From: an uncultured Collinsella sp.
GTDB lineage: Bacteria > Actinomycetota > Coriobacteriia > Coriobacteriales > Coriobacteriaceae
Assembly (NCBI GenBank): GCA_900765115.1
Contig: CAAFQK010000109.1
Location: 4,421-68,420, forward strand
Direction of reading: 5' to 3'
DNA: 64,000 nt
Shown here: piece by piece, positions 26,358-36,865 of the stretch
Layout: each line of letters begins with the position of its first letter
Numbering within the stretch: position 1 is the stretch's first letter
Program-made: the position numbers and the translations under genes
The notes under the pieces: generated by a model
The model's input: only the letters and a program-made list of their open reading frames with translations
Told to the model about the DNA's origin: nothing
The model's database searches: none

Positions 26358-28522
26358 TACGACCCACCGCCCAAGGCACCCGCCAGCGTGGCGACATCGA
26401 CGGTAAGTGGGATGGAACCGCCGCCGGGCAGCGGAATCTCCGCAAGCGTGAACACCGTGCCGCTGATGGTGCGCTCGACTTGATATTCCAGCGCCTCGCA
26501 AAGCGCCTTGGGATCGGTCACGCCCAGCGGAATACTTCGTAGCTTGTCCTGCGCATTAGAAAGACCTGTGATGTCAGACCCCGGGCTCTTGATGACGTTG
26601 GCGGTGTCGGTCAACACCGGCTTTCGCAGGCGCAAATCGCACGGTTCCAAGCCCAGCGCCGCCACGGACGCCGAAACGGTATCGCCGAGCCACGACGCAA
26701 TGGAGCCCAGCGCGCCACTGTCCCCTCCCAGGCCATCGATCATCTCATCCATAAGCTCGTCGGCCGAGCCCTGGATGTCTCCGTATCCCACAAGCAGCCG
26801 TCCCCAAACATCCATGACGTCATCGAGTACACCGGCAACGCCACCCGAACGCTCCTCCAGCGTCGAGAAAAACCGCGAGAGAACGTTGTTCTGCGCCGTC
26901 GCCTCATCGGGCGCCAGCACCGCAGCAGAGATCGCGCCGCGATCGCCAAGCCTGACTGTCGTGTTAAACGAAGAGTTGAGCTCATCGGGGCTCGAGATGG
27001 CACCCGAAACCGCAAGGGCGACCACGCCATTGCGGCCGGGCGGGGCGATACGCGGACGCTCGCCCGAAAGCGCTTTAATGGCCTCGTCAAACGCATTGCC
27101 CGCACGGTCTGCCTCGTCCTCGGTCTGGCGCATGAGCTCGAGCTCTTTGTTGCGGCATTCGACGTATTTCTTCAGGGCGTCTTTGAATCGATCAAAGTGG
27201 TACTCGAAGCCGTTTTCGATAGAAGTCGAAGGAGCCGCAACGGCGCCGAGCGACGAAACACCAAAATGGCATCTGTTGCATTTGTCCTGCCCGTCATAAG
27301 CAGCGACCGAGGCTAGCCCGCCTGGCGTCCCTTTCTTATAGTTGGGGCAGCTCGTTCCATAATGCAGATACGTTTTGCCATCGTTGGTACTAGTTGGCCA
27401 CGCCGCATCGGTATAGAGTTCCGTCGCTCGCACCTCGTCAGTGTTGCGCGGCAACAACGGAATATAGGAAGTGGTCCGGTCTCCGTCTTCGGTTATATAT
27501 GCGCGATTGACCTCTGCGCTCGCATAGGTATAGAACGCCTTGCGCGCCGCCGACTCCGCCTTCGTCTCGACGCTTGAGCCTTGAGGCGCCTCGTTTGCAA
27601 GGCGCAAGCGGTAATAGGCCTTCGCGCGATCGAGCGCCACTTGCGGCTCCCATGTGACGCTCGAGGCATAGTGCGGATTCTCAATATCCGAAAGCTTCGC
27701 CAAACTCCTCGCGCGTTCCCACATGCATGAGCAACTGCCGACCGAAGCCGGATCCGACCCGCCGCAATCCGCAAGCCAGGCGCGCTCTTTTGCTTTCGCC
27801 GTCTCCTCCGAGGCCTTCTGCAGCTCATCTGCTGCGCGTTCCAGATCTTTCGATGTGTCTTTAATGACATCGGTCGAGATCTCGGACCCCTCGAGCGCAA
27901 CGAAATCCGACTCGGACGTCTTGGGCACGGCAAGCGCCGTACCGGTATAGGTCGCACCCTCGGTATCCTGCGCCGACACGGCCTGCGTAGCTCGCGCGGC
28001 AACCAGATACGGTAGAGCCGTCTCGATTTTCTGCAGGCCCTTGGAGGCGCTTTTGGCAAACTTATTGCGCGTTTTAATGATCTCGATCCCCGTGTCGACC
28101 ATATCGCCCGCGGCAAGCTCGGCACCTGGAATAAGAATGGCGACCAAGCCGGTGCCGATCGTGGCAAACCCCGCCAGGCCCAAACTCAAAATGCTCGCAT
28201 CCACCACCGTCGCAGCCGTATGGTAGGACGACACCACATTGGCGCCTGCCAGCGCGCCGCTATCGGCAGCCGCCTGGGTGTCCCCGGCACGCGACATGCT
28301 CCATATCGCCGCCGTCGACGAAAACAGCAACGTGAGCACCACCAAGATGACCACCGCAGAGGAGAGCGTGGTATAGGCACCGTCTTCGATAAACAGGTCG
28401 ATCCCGGCTCGACCCATAAAGCCGCCTCGCTTGCAGCGAGCACGCGGTCGGCAACGGCCCGCAAGCCCCCTCGTCACCTTCAACAGGCAGCGCTTAATCC
28501 CATGCAGCAATCCATGAATCAT
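26357..28522 (-). CDS. Large TadG-like pilus-associated protein
   Basis: EDGAY + TM helix + QAAADSGALAGA Tad motif. Start uncertain. Confidence 0.7.
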   Translation of the reverse strand: MIHGLLHGIKRCLLKVTRGLAGRCRPRARCKRGGFMGRAGIDLFIEDGAYTTLSSAVVILVVLTLLFSSTAAIWSMSRAGDTQAAADSGALAGANVVSSYHTAATVVDASILSLGLAGFATIGTGLVAILIPGAELAAGDMVDTGIEIIKTRNKFAKSASKGLQKIETALPYLVAARATQAVSAQDTEGATYTGTALAVPKTSESDFVALEGSEISTDVIKDTSKDLERAADELQKASEETAKAKERAWLADCGGSDPASVGSCSCMWERARSLAKLSDIENPHYASSVTWEPQVALDRAKAYYRLRLANEAPQGSSVETKAESAARKAFYTYASAEVNRAYITEDGDRTTSYIPLLPRNTDEVRATELYTDAAWPTSTNDGKTYLHYGTSCPNYKKGTPGGLASVAAYDGQDKCNRCHFGVSSLGAVAAPSTSIENGFEYHFDRFKDALKKYVECRNKELELMRQTEDEADRAGNAFDEAIKALSGERPRIAPPGRNGVVALAVSGAISSPDELNSSFNTTVRLGDRGAISAAVLAPDEATAQNNVLSRFFSTLEERSGGVAGVLDDVMDVWGRLLVGYGDIQGSADELMDEMIDGLGGDSGALGSIASWLGDTVSASVAALGLEPCDLRLRKPVLTDTANVIKSPGSDITGLSNAQDKLRSIPLGVTDPKALCEALEYQVERTISGTVFTLAEIPLPGGGSIPLTVDVATLAGALGGGS

Positions 28523-28994
28523 AATCTCCCTCCAGCCACTCGGGACGCGATCGATACGAGACGTCGACCTTAAGCTCGACATAGCCGTTATGGCCTGCGC
28601 CACCCATAGCCTGCGCAAACGCACCGATCACGGGCAGCGGTTTAACCTCGCCGGTAACGGAAACGGACGAGACGCCGCCCGCATCGGCCCGACCAAGCTC
28701 GATATCCCACGACAGGGGCCCGCCGGCATGGAAAATCGAAACGTCGGGAACCGCGGCAAGACGGCGGCGGGCAAACTCCTTAATATCCTCGTCATCCCCC
28801 ACCGTCGTCGTGGTCATGAGCCGCGCGGTCTCGGCGGCGGCAGACTCCATGACCGCGCGTGTATAGAGCAGGCACACCGGCTGCAGCGCCAACAGGACGA
28901 GCGTCAGAAACGTCGGCAGTAGGAATGCCGCCTCGACCGTAGACTGCGCCCGGTCCTCGCGCGTGACATCAATAGAGCACGATGTCCTTAGCAC
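28494..28994 (-). CDS. tadE: TadE-family pseudopilin
   Basis: DRAQSTVEAAFLLP...AAAETAR. Start uncertain. Confidence 0.75.
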   Translation of the reverse strand: MLRTSCSIDVTREDRAQSTVEAAFLLPTFLTLVLLALQPVCLLYTRAVMESAAAETARLMTTTTVGDDEDIKEFARRRLAAVPDVSIFHAGGPLSWDIELGRADAGGVSSVSVTGEVKPLPVIGAFAQAMGGAGHNGYVELKVDVSYRSRPEWLEGDYDSWIAAWD

Positions 28995-29187
28995 CCGCAG
29001 CAGCGTCGACAACCGATGTCGAGGTGACGCCGTGAGACGCCGTCCGCTCGACCAGCGCCGCCAAGCGCCCATCGGCACCGGCACGCCAAAGCCCTGCGAT
29101 CGCCAGCACGATGGAAAGCAGTGCCACCGTGACGATGGCGTATTCGACCGTTGCCTGGGCAGATTCCTCACGCAGGACGTCATGCAT
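28969..29187 (-). CDS. Small Flp-like minor pilin
   Basis: ESAQATVEYAIV followed by a hydrophobic helix. Confidence 0.75.
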   Translation of the reverse strand: MHDVLREESAQATVEYAIVTVALLSIVLAIAGLWRAGADGRLAALVERTASHGVTSTSVVDAAAGAKDIVLY

Positions 29188-29188
29188 T

Positions 29189-29752
29189 TCACGACCCCTC
29201 CTTTGAGTTCATTGTCTGCGGGGTCAGGCGGACCACGCGCAGACGACACGAAGTATCACCAGCATCCGCGGCAACCGTCACCATATCGACCCAGCCGCGT
29301 CCGTCACGCACGATGGCGCCCCACACGTTGCCCTTGATGTCAAGATAGCCGCTCAGAGCAAGTTGTGCCGTGGGCACCTCGCGATAGGCACGCAGCATAT
29401 CCGCCGCCGCTTCGGTCATCGGTCGGCACTCGGACCATGCGAGACGAACAGCGACGGCATTGTTTGCAGATGAACCCGTTGCAGCGTCCGCTCGCTCGTC
29501 GAGTGCTTGCAAGAACGTTTGCGCCGTGACGGCGGCATTCGCATCGGCCGCGTCTCGCGCATCGTCTATTTGAGACGCCGCAGCCGAACCCGATCCCGCA
29601 TCCGCGGCAGCCCCTAAACGTTGTTGCCGTGCTGCGTTAAGCCCCCAAACCGCCACTGCCACCGCCACGACCGCACAGGCGAGCACCAGCAACGCGCCGA
29701 CGGGACGGGCGCCCTCTACAGGCTGTTGATGCCCTCGCTGATAGCGCTCCAT
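29189..29752 (-). CDS. Membrane-anchored hypothetical protein in the tad operon
   Basis: Single N-terminal TM helix; operon position. Confidence 0.6.
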   Translation of the reverse strand: MERYQRGHQQPVEGARPVGALLVLACAVVAVAVAVWGLNAARQQRLGAAADAGSGSAAASQIDDARDAADANAAVTAQTFLQALDERADAATGSSANNAVAVRLAWSECRPMTEAAADMLRAYREVPTAQLALSGYLDIKGNVWGAIVRDGRGWVDMVTVAADAGDTSCRLRVVRLTPQTMNSKEGS

Positions 29753-29949
29753 AGATCTTGGACCTTGCCCTTAAATGCGACGATGGCAATGATGGCGATC
29801 ACCACGAGCACACCGACCAGGATGGCGTACTCGGTGGTGCCCTGCGCGCTCTCCTCCCGCAGCAGTTCCTCGGCACGCTGGCGAGCGTGAATTGACTGGC
29901 AAAACGCCCAGCTCCAGACCTTGCCAGCAACGTCAGTCATCGTATTCAT
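29716..29949 (-). CDS. flp: Flp major pilin
   Basis: ESAQGTTEYAILVGVLVVIAIIAI; GGAGG RBS. Confidence 0.85.
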   Translation of the reverse strand: MNTMTDVAGKVWSWAFCQSIHARQRAEELLREESAQGTTEYAILVGVLVVIAIIAIVAFKGKVQDLWSAISEGINSL

Positions 29950-29959
29950 GTATTCCTCC

Positions 29960-30601
29960 CTACATCATCCCGCCTGCTCCCAGCAGCGGGCCCAATATGG
30001 ACAGAAGCAACGCCGGCAAGATGAGCGTGCCGGTGGGAATCAGCAGCTTGACCGGCGCGCGCTCAATCTCGCGCTCGACTGCAGCGCGATGGGCCGCGCG
30101 AATCTCGCGACTTTGAGCCGCCAGCGTCTCGGCAAGCGGGGCACCGAGGGCAAGCGCCTGCCCCGCTGTGATGGCAAAGGTCTCGAGCGCCCGCACATCC
30201 AGGTCGCGCGCGGCCGCCAGAAGCTCGTCCTCGCGCGTCCCCACGCCCACCTGCCACGCCATGCAGGCTCGCTCAAGGCGGATCGCCAACGTCGATCGGC
30301 GATTGGCGCAAAAAACCTCAAGCGCCGCATCGAACGAAAGGCCGGCCGAAAGCCCCAGACGCACCACGTCGATCATCTCGGACACCTCGCCAAGCGACAC
30401 CTGCGCCGTACCACCCGTGCCGAGCATGCCCTTCAACCGTGTTACCAGGACATCGGTCACCGAGCGGGCAGCCGCGACAACCAGCAGCGCCTCGCATTTG
30501 CAGACCTGGGCGATCTTGCATGCGTCCGCACGATTGAGCCCCGTCGCGACAAACACGCTGAGCGCGCACAGGCATGCCGCGACCCCGACCAGGGCGCTCA
30601 T
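29960..30601 (-). CDS. tadC: TadC (T2SS F-family) membrane protein
   Basis: AGLSFDAAL, LGAPLAETL and PVKLLIP motifs. Confidence 0.8.
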   Translation of the reverse strand: MSALVGVAACLCALSVFVATGLNRADACKIAQVCKCEALLVVAAARSVTDVLVTRLKGMLGTGGTAQVSLGEVSEMIDVVRLGLSAGLSFDAALEVFCANRRSTLAIRLERACMAWQVGVGTREDELLAAARDLDVRALETFAITAGQALALGAPLAETLAAQSREIRAAHRAAVEREIERAPVKLLIPTGTLILPALLLSILGPLLGAGGMM

Positions 30602-31524
30602 AGCTCCACCCGCATAATGCGCCGGATAACCACCAGCGCGACGGCGTTGAGGGCAAGTCCCAGTACCACGGCACCGGCACCCGCCGGCGTTGCAAGGCCG
30701 CGGCGAAAGTCGGCCGAAAGCAGCGCCAGCACCGCGCACATACCCGCCGGCATCGCCGAGACCATGTGTGCCGACATACGAGCCTGCGATGTCTTGACGT
30801 CCAAGCGGCGCTTGAGCTCAATGCGCTCCCCCACCATGCTCGACGCCTCGGACAACAGGTCGGCAAGCGGGGCACCGGTTCGCTGCGACACCTTAAGCGC
30901 CAAGGTGACAAGCGAAAGGCCGGGGGCATCGATACGGTCGAGTAGGTCATCCAACGCATCAGTCGCCGAGACGCCGCAGTCGATCGCCGCCGCCACGCGC
31001 AAAAACTCGGTATGCACCGGCTCTTGCGCGTGAGTTCCCACAAACCTCATGCCCTGGGCCAGCGAATGACCCGAGGCGAGCGACATAGAGAGCGCCGTAA
31101 AGGCCTCGGGCATGGCTTCTTCCACATCGTGTTGCTCGCGGCGACGGTCGAAGGTGTCGCGAGCGGCGCCTACGCCAAACGGTGCGAGCAGCCCCAGGAC
31201 AAAGCCGATGGGCGACAGCGATACGACAGTCAGGACAATGCCGCAGACACCACTCGATAGCAGCAAGCATGCCAGGCGCGCCTCGTCATCCTCGATAACA
31301 AGGCCAAGGCGATGTGCTGGAACCAGCGCCGCCCAGGAGCGGGCAATCTTTTTTAGCAGGTCGTTTTCTACCAACTCGCGCGGCAGCTTCTCGACCACCG
31401 ACTCAAGCGCATGACTGACCAGTTCCGCCGGCGGCACGCGCGACACACGAGGCTCCGCCCCGCACGCCACCGCGGCAGAAAGCCCTGTCAAGCCCCCTAC
31501 GACGAGGGGCACAACGATCTCCAT
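30598..31524 (-). CDS. tadB: TadB (T2SS F-family) membrane protein
   Basis: MPEAF..L...LASGHSL, TGAPLADLL and TSQARMSA motifs. Confidence 0.85.
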   Translation of the reverse strand: MEIVVPLVVGGLTGLSAAVACGAEPRVSRVPPAELVSHALESVVEKLPRELVENDLLKKIARSWAALVPAHRLGLVIEDDEARLACLLLSSGVCGIVLTVVSLSPIGFVLGLLAPFGVGAARDTFDRRREQHDVEEAMPEAFTALSMSLASGHSLAQGMRFVGTHAQEPVHTEFLRVAAAIDCGVSATDALDDLLDRIDAPGLSLVTLALKVSQRTGAPLADLLSEASSMVGERIELKRRLDVKTSQARMSAHMVSAMPAGMCAVLALLSADFRRGLATPAGAGAVVLGLALNAVALVVIRRIMRVEL

Positions 31525-32825
31525 TCGTCCACCTCCTCTTGCGTGAGCGTTCCCGAGCGCAGGCCCTCCGCGATAAACGGAGGCTCGCGATCGAGCGTCC
31601 AGGTGCGCGCGGCGGCATCGAACGTCACGTAGCGCTCAAGCTCCACGCCGCCTGACGTGCCGCGTCGCACCCCCGAATAGGAGGACACGAAACGCCTGCC
31701 GTCCGCATGACGCTCGGACATCACGATGCCGTCGAGCGCCATGGCAATCTGCTCCTCGATAAGCTCGCTCGGCAGATCGATGCCATAGCGCGCAAGCAGC
31801 GTCAAACGCACCACGGTCTCCTGCTCGGTGCCCGCATGAAGCGTGGTGAGCGATCCGTCGTGCCCGGTGTTCATGGCCTGCAGCATGTCGCAACATTCCG
31901 CACCGCGCACCTCACCCACCACAATACGGTCGGGACGCATGCGCAGGGCGTTGGTCACCAGATCGCGGATTGTCACCGCGCCCTCGCCCTCAATTGAAGC
32001 CTCGCGCGCCTCCAGGCGAACCACATGCGGGTGATGCGCAAACTTGAGCTCGGCGGAGTCCTCGATCGTCACGATGCGCTCGCCGGTGGATATCTCGCAC
32101 GACAGCGCGTTGAGCAGCGTGGTCTTGCCCGATCCCGTGCCACCCGCAACCGCCAGATCTTGACGCAGCGACACCGCACACGACAGCAGTTGCGCATACC
32201 AAAGCGGCAGCGACCCCAGGCCCACAAGCTCGTCCAACGAACAGATGCGATCTGAGAACTTGCGAATGGTGAGGATTGGTCCATCAATCGCCACGGGCGG
32301 GATCACCGCGTTGACGCGATAGCCCGTCTTGAGGCGGGCGTTGACAATGGGGCTGCGCTCGTCGATGCGCCTGCCCAGCGGCGAGATGATGCGGTCGATG
32401 AGCACGCGGATCTGCTCGTCATCCTCAAATGCATGCTCGATGGGATATAAGACGCCGCCGCGTTCAAAGAAAGCCGAGCGGCAACCGTTGACCATGATCT
32501 CGGTGACGGTGTCGTCCTCGATGAGCGGCTGCAGCGGGCCCAGGCCCACCACGTCGTCCAAGATCTCGTCGATGATGGTCTCGCGCTCGGGCGTCGCCAG
32601 GTCGCCCGGCTCCTCCACGTTGAGCGCCGCCTCCACCGCAGGACGCAATTCCGAGCGGGCGCGCGCCGGATCGATGTATGCGCTGATACGCGCCACCTCG
32701 TCATAGCCCATGCGGTCCATCACGGCGCGCTTGGTGCGGCGCTTGACGGCACGGTGGCGCCCCGCATCAACAGGCGCCGCCGCCGCGGCCGCACCGGCTT
32801 CCTTAATCCTTGTTTGCAAGCTCAT
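31497..32825 (-). CDS. cpaF: TadA/CpaF pilus assembly ATPase
   Basis: [39 protein letters not shown] and MNTGHDG motifs. Confidence 0.95.
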   Translation of the reverse strand: MSLQTRIKEAGAAAAAAPVDAGRHRAVKRRTKRAVMDRMGYDEVARISAYIDPARARSELRPAVEAALNVEEPGDLATPERETIIDEILDDVVGLGPLQPLIEDDTVTEIMVNGCRSAFFERGGVLYPIEHAFEDDEQIRVLIDRIISPLGRRIDERSPIVNARLKTGYRVNAVIPPVAIDGPILTIRKFSDRICSLDELVGLGSLPLWYAQLLSCAVSLRQDLAVAGGTGSGKTTLLNALSCEISTGERIVTIEDSAELKFAHHPHVVRLEAREASIEGEGAVTIRDLVTNALRMRPDRIVVGEVRGAECCDMLQAMNTGHDGSLTTLHAGTEQETVVRLTLLARYGIDLPSELIEEQIAMALDGIVMSERHADGRRFVSSYSGVRRGTSGGVELERYVTFDAAARTWTLDREPPFIAEGLRSGTLTQEEVDEWRSLCPSS

Positions 32826-34468
32826 CGCGAATCACCCTCGCGCGACCAGGGAAGACGGATACGTGGGCGCTCGGTGCGCGTCGCGCGGTCGGTGACCATG
32901 TCACTCCAGGGACCGACGGCGCAGCCCAGCTCCACGAGCATCTCGCGCGTGGCTTCGCGCACGCTGGTGGCAAAAGCGCTGGTCTGGCCCACCGCCTCGT
33001 CAGCACGGCCGAATGCCATGAGCGCCGTCAAGTCCTGCCCGCCGTCGGCGATGCGAATCTTGGAGCTCAACGCGCAGGCAATCTCAAAGCGCATGGCGAC
33101 ATCCTCGTCGGCGCCGCGCGCGCCAAACCGGTTGAATACGGCGCTCATGCGCGTACGCGGCACGCCCACACGGCTCGCCAGCTCGATGACGCGCGCCGCG
33201 GACGTCGCAGACGACACCGATGGATCGCCCACGACCAGGCAGCGGTCGCTTGCCGCCACTGCGGCCGCCACGGCGTCGCCCCAAAAGACCGAGGTGTCGA
33301 CAAGCACCACGTCGGATTCACGGCGCAAGACGTCGAGCAGCAGCTCCACCGGGCGCGCCATGAGCTCGGCCTGTTCGGGCGCGGCGACCGGGCCCCAAAG
33401 CGTGACGCCCGGGGCCACGCGCATCGAGGCGGCCACGATGTCCGATTCGGCGAGTGCGCCCGCAGCCGATGGCTCGATAAGCGTCGCCATGTCATGCGGG
33501 GCATCGGCACCCAGCAGGTCGTAGAGGTTTCCAAACATCAGGTCCAAGTCGAGCACGGCAGCACGCAGGCCCAGCAGCGACGCCGCGTGCGCCATGGCGG
33601 CGACGATCGTCGACTTGCCGCAACCGCCCGAACCCGAGACGGCGCAGACAACCGGGGCTCGATGCGACGAAGCGGCGGCATCCGCCGACGGCGTGGGGGC
33701 AGGCGGCGCCGGCACGGGCGGCAACGTCCCCGTCTCCCCGGAAGCGCTCATATGCTGCGCCCAAGCCGGCATGGCAGGCTGCTCGGTCCGCGGGGCCGAA
33801 TCTGGGAACTTCACGGTCGCATCGACACGAACATTGTCGTTCCCGGCAAGTCCCTCAACCTCGTCGAGCTCATCGACCAGGCTCACGCCATGCACGTATC
33901 CCATATCTACAGCCAAAAGATCCTCGCCATACGGCACCGGCTCTCCGACTTCATCGTATGCAAGGGGGTCCCGGGGACACCGACCATGCTCGGCTTCCGC
34001 TTTTCCACAATCATCAACACGCGGGCCTCTTGTAGCGCGAGGCGCCCCGGGTTCCCTATCAACAAAAGCATCGGGCTCAATCGTCAGACACCGGTCGCAA
34101 TCAACCGTTCCCTCGCCCGCGCGCCCGTTGCCGCATATGCTGCGCGCAGCGATAACCTCGGTCGCCCCTGCGCGAAACAGCCTCTCGATATCCGAAGGAT
34201 CGAGCGTCTCTATCAGTACGACCACGCGGCTCACGCGGCCCTCGGCCGTCAGGCGCGCAACGGTCTTTCGCACGTCTTCGGCATCGAACAGGGCTGCCGC
34301 GATAATCGCCGCCCCGCGACGCGACGGAAACGCCCGAGCCATGGAAATCAGCCCGTCCAGGTCACCCACGCGAAGCACCTGTGCACCTGCATCACGGCCC
34401 TCGACTTCCCGCTGCAACAGCCCGTAATCGCCGCACGCGCAGCACGCAAGCCAGATCGCCTTCATCAC
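32822..34468 (-). CDS. TadZ/CpaE-like protein (receiver-like domain + MinD/ParA ATPase)
   Basis: SGSGGCGKST and DLDLMFG motifs; long acidic/Pro-rich linker. Confidence 0.8.
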   Translation of the reverse strand: MMKAIWLACCACGDYGLLQREVEGRDAGAQVLRVGDLDGLISMARAFPSRRGAAIIAAALFDAEDVRKTVARLTAEGRVSRVVVLIETLDPSDIERLFRAGATEVIAARSICGNGRAGEGTVDCDRCLTIEPDAFVDREPGAPRATRGPRVDDCGKAEAEHGRCPRDPLAYDEVGEPVPYGEDLLAVDMGYVHGVSLVDELDEVEGLAGNDNVRVDATVKFPDSAPRTEQPAMPAWAQHMSASGETGTLPPVPAPPAPTPSADAAASSHRAPVVCAVSGSGGCGKSTIVAAMAHAASLLGLRAAVLDLDLMFGNLYDLLGADAPHDMATLIEPSAAGALAESDIVAASMRVAPGVTLWGPVAAPEQAELMARPVELLLDVLRRESDVVLVDTSVFWGDAVAAAVAASDRCLVVGDPSVSSATSAARVIELASRVGVPRTRMSAVFNRFGARGADEDVAMRFEIACALSSKIRIADGGQDLTALMAFGRADEAVGQTSAFATSVREATREMLVELGCAVGPWSDMVTDRATRTERPRIRLPWSREGDSR

Positions 34469-35139
34469 TCGTCGCCTCCGCTCTTTTTGCCGCGCGCCGT
34501 GGCGGGAATCGTCAAGCTGACCGTTCCCTTGCCCGAGGCTCCCAGCAGTTCCTTGACGTCTTCGGGGTCAGCCGCCAGCGTCACCCATTCGATCTTGCCC
34601 TCGCGCGTGGCACCGGAATCCTCACTGGTATCGATTACGTACGCGCCGCACAGCCGATCGGTTACGCCGTCTTTTTGCACATACACATCCACGTAGCTGC
34701 CCACGCCCGTGGCGCCGCCGACCGAGTGCTCGGCATCGACCGCCACCGAAACGGCGACCTTGCCCTTAGGCACCTCGAGCTTGTGGCTCTCGGCCTTGGT
34801 GTAGACATTGCAGATCACGGCGTTTTTGGGAATACGCGAAGTCGTCACGTCGCCGCGCACCTGGCGCAGCTCGGTCACCGCGTCACGCGGCAGCAGACTT
34901 GTCAGCCATTCCTGGGTTATGACATTGGTCTCATCGAGGGTCTCGCCCACATCGATATCGCGCGCCGCGACGCATACCTCGACGCGATCGCCACCGTACT
35001 TGGCCAAGGTCTCAGCCTGGACCTGTTCGGCTTGCGAGCGGATCGACGAGCCGTAAACCATGCAGAGCAGAGCAGCGAGCACGCCCGCGACCAGACTGAT
35101 GGCGATGCGCTTGCTCTTGTTCACGGCCGCTCCTCTCAT
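34465..35139 (-). CDS. cpaB: CpaB/RcpC (SAF domain)
   Basis: VAARDIDVGE and GSYVDV motifs; N-terminal TM helix. Confidence 0.85.
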   Translation of the reverse strand: MRGAAVNKSKRIAISLVAGVLAALLCMVYGSSIRSQAEQVQAETLAKYGGDRVEVCVAARDIDVGETLDETNVITQEWLTSLLPRDAVTELRQVRGDVTTSRIPKNAVICNVYTKAESHKLEVPKGKVAVSVAVDAEHSVGGATGVGSYVDVYVQKDGVTDRLCGAYVIDTSEDSGATREGKIEWVTLAADPEDVKELLGASGKGTVSLTIPATARGKKSGGDE

Positions 35140-35324
35140 GGCAGTGCCGGGCGAATGCCCGTACCACCATTGTCTGGGCGGTCAGAGTGCAAAGCGGCGC
35201 AATCGCGATCTTGGTTTTCGATGTCAAACCAATCGCTGACCAGAAGCTGACCAGCCCGTCAAGCTCGTGGCAAGGTTTTGGTCAGCACGTCAGCAAACTG
35301 CATGTTTCGAGGCTTTTCCGCAGC

Positions 35325-35359
35325 AAAAAAGCCGTCTCCCGAACAGTTGGGAGACGGCT
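35325..35359 (-). terminator. Intrinsic terminator after rsgA
   Basis: AGCCGTCTCCC...GGGAGACGGC-TTTTTT on the minus strand. Confidence 0.8.
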
Positions 35360-35376
35360 GTCATAGAAAAAATCAA

Positions 35377-36561
35377 TTACAGATGGACATCGGGATCGAG
35401 CATTTGAGCACTCACGCGCATGGATGACGCCAGGCTTTGGAACGTTTCCAAACGCAGGCTGTCGATCTGCCCGGCACCCTCGGCCTCGCGAACGGCACAA
35501 CCCGGCTCATGGGTATGTGTGCAATCGCCAAACCGGCACGCGCGCGATGCCTCGACAATCTCGGGGAAAGCGCGCGCCAGACCTCGCTCGTGACCCACGA
35601 GCGGTAGGCTGCGCAGGCCCGGAGCATCGGCGATCACGCCGGCGTCGCCCGGCAGCGCCACCATCACGCGCGCGACGGTAGTGTGACGGCCCTGGTCGTC
35701 GCGTTCACGCACACCGCCGGTCGCCAACGTATCGTGGCCCAGCAGTGCATTGAGCAGCGTCGACTTGCCGGCACCCGACTCGCCCAGAATCATGGCACAG
35801 CTCCCGGCAGGCACGCAGGCACGGACCTCGTCCAGGCCGCGGCCCTCGGCAGAGGACGTCACGATCACGCGCACGTCCGAACCCACCAGGCGGCGCACGC
35901 GGTCCAGATCGCGCTCGAGCTCCTCGGCATCGCAGCGGTCAGCTTTGGTGAGTACCACCACCGGCTCGGCATCGCAGTCGAGCGCCAACACCAGAGAGCG
36001 CGCCACGCGGTCGAGCAGCACCTCACCGGCACCGAGCGCCTGCACGATTAGCACGCTATCCACGTTGGAGCAGAGCACCTGGCGCTCTCCACGGGCACGG
36101 CCGCGCCAACGCTCAAAGCTCGTACGGCGCGGTAGCACGCACTCGATCACGCCCATGTCGTGCCCGGGCGCACGACGTACCGCCACGCGGTCGCCCACGG
36201 CAGGCAGCAGGACCTCGTCCTCGCCGCGCGACTTGGCAAACCCCACGGCATGCTCGGCACGAAAGGTGTCGTCGGCAGTGGCCACCAGCGGAAACCCGCG
36301 ATCCAGGCGAATAACGGCACCCAGCTGCATCTGCTCGGGCTCCTCGGCCTGTGCGCAAAAGTCGTCAAATGCAGCCTGCTGAGCCGCATCGACCGGCAGG
36401 TCATCGAACGCCGGAACATCCTGTAGCGCGTCGAGTCCCGGCACGCTTGCCAGCAGCTCCTCGGCAGACGCGGGAGCTTCGGTCGCAAGCTTCCGACGAC
36501 GATCGCGCTTAGCCCGCGCCCCCGTCGTCTTTTTCTTCGCCTTAGCCTTAGCCTTGCCCAC
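35377..36561 (-). CDS. rsgA: Ribosome small subunit-dependent GTPase A
   Basis: TKAD, GESGAGKST, GRHTT, DAPG and CRFGDCTHTHEPGC motifs. Confidence 0.9.
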   Translation of the reverse strand: MGKAKAKAKKKTTGARAKRDRRRKLATEAPASAEELLASVPGLDALQDVPAFDDLPVDAAQQAAFDDFCAQAEEPEQMQLGAVIRLDRGFPLVATADDTFRAEHAVGFAKSRGEDEVLLPAVGDRVAVRRAPGHDMGVIECVLPRRTSFERWRGRARGERQVLCSNVDSVLIVQALGAGEVLLDRVARSLVLALDCDAEPVVVLTKADRCDAEELERDLDRVRRLVGSDVRVIVTSSAEGRGLDEVRACVPAGSCAMILGESGAGKSTLLNALLGHDTLATGGVRERDDQGRHTTVARVMVALPGDAGVIADAPGLRSLPLVGHERGLARAFPEIVEASRACRFGDCTHTHEPGCAVREAEGAGQIDSLRLETFQSLASSMRVSAQMLDPDVHL

Positions 36562-36602
36562 AAACGCCTCCCAGCACAAAACCACACAACTGAGCAGGTA
36601 TT

Positions 36603-36854
36603 TTAACGCATTGTTCCGTCCGACTTACCAAATGCTGCGGCGTACTCGTCATCATCCATCCAACCGATGATGTCGCCGGGCTTGCAATGAAGCGCCTCGC
36701 ACATTGCTTGAAGTGTAGAAAAGCGGATCCCCTTGAGTCTTCCCGTTTTAATTCGAGACAGATTAACAGGCGATATTCCAATGATTTCGGCAAGTTCCTG
36801 CGACGAGATTTTACGGTCCGCCATCACGCGGTCAAGACGCATAACAATCGGCAC
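36603..36854 (-). CDS. XRE/Cro HTH regulator (YozG-like)
   Basis: ELAEIIGISPVNLSRIKTGRLKGIRFSTL...CKPGDI. Confidence 0.85.
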   Translation of the reverse strand: MPIVMRLDRVMADRKISSQELAEIIGISPVNLSRIKTGRLKGIRFSTLQAMCEALHCKPGDIIGWMDDDEYAAAFGKSDGTMR

Positions 36855-36865
36855 CGTGCCACCCC

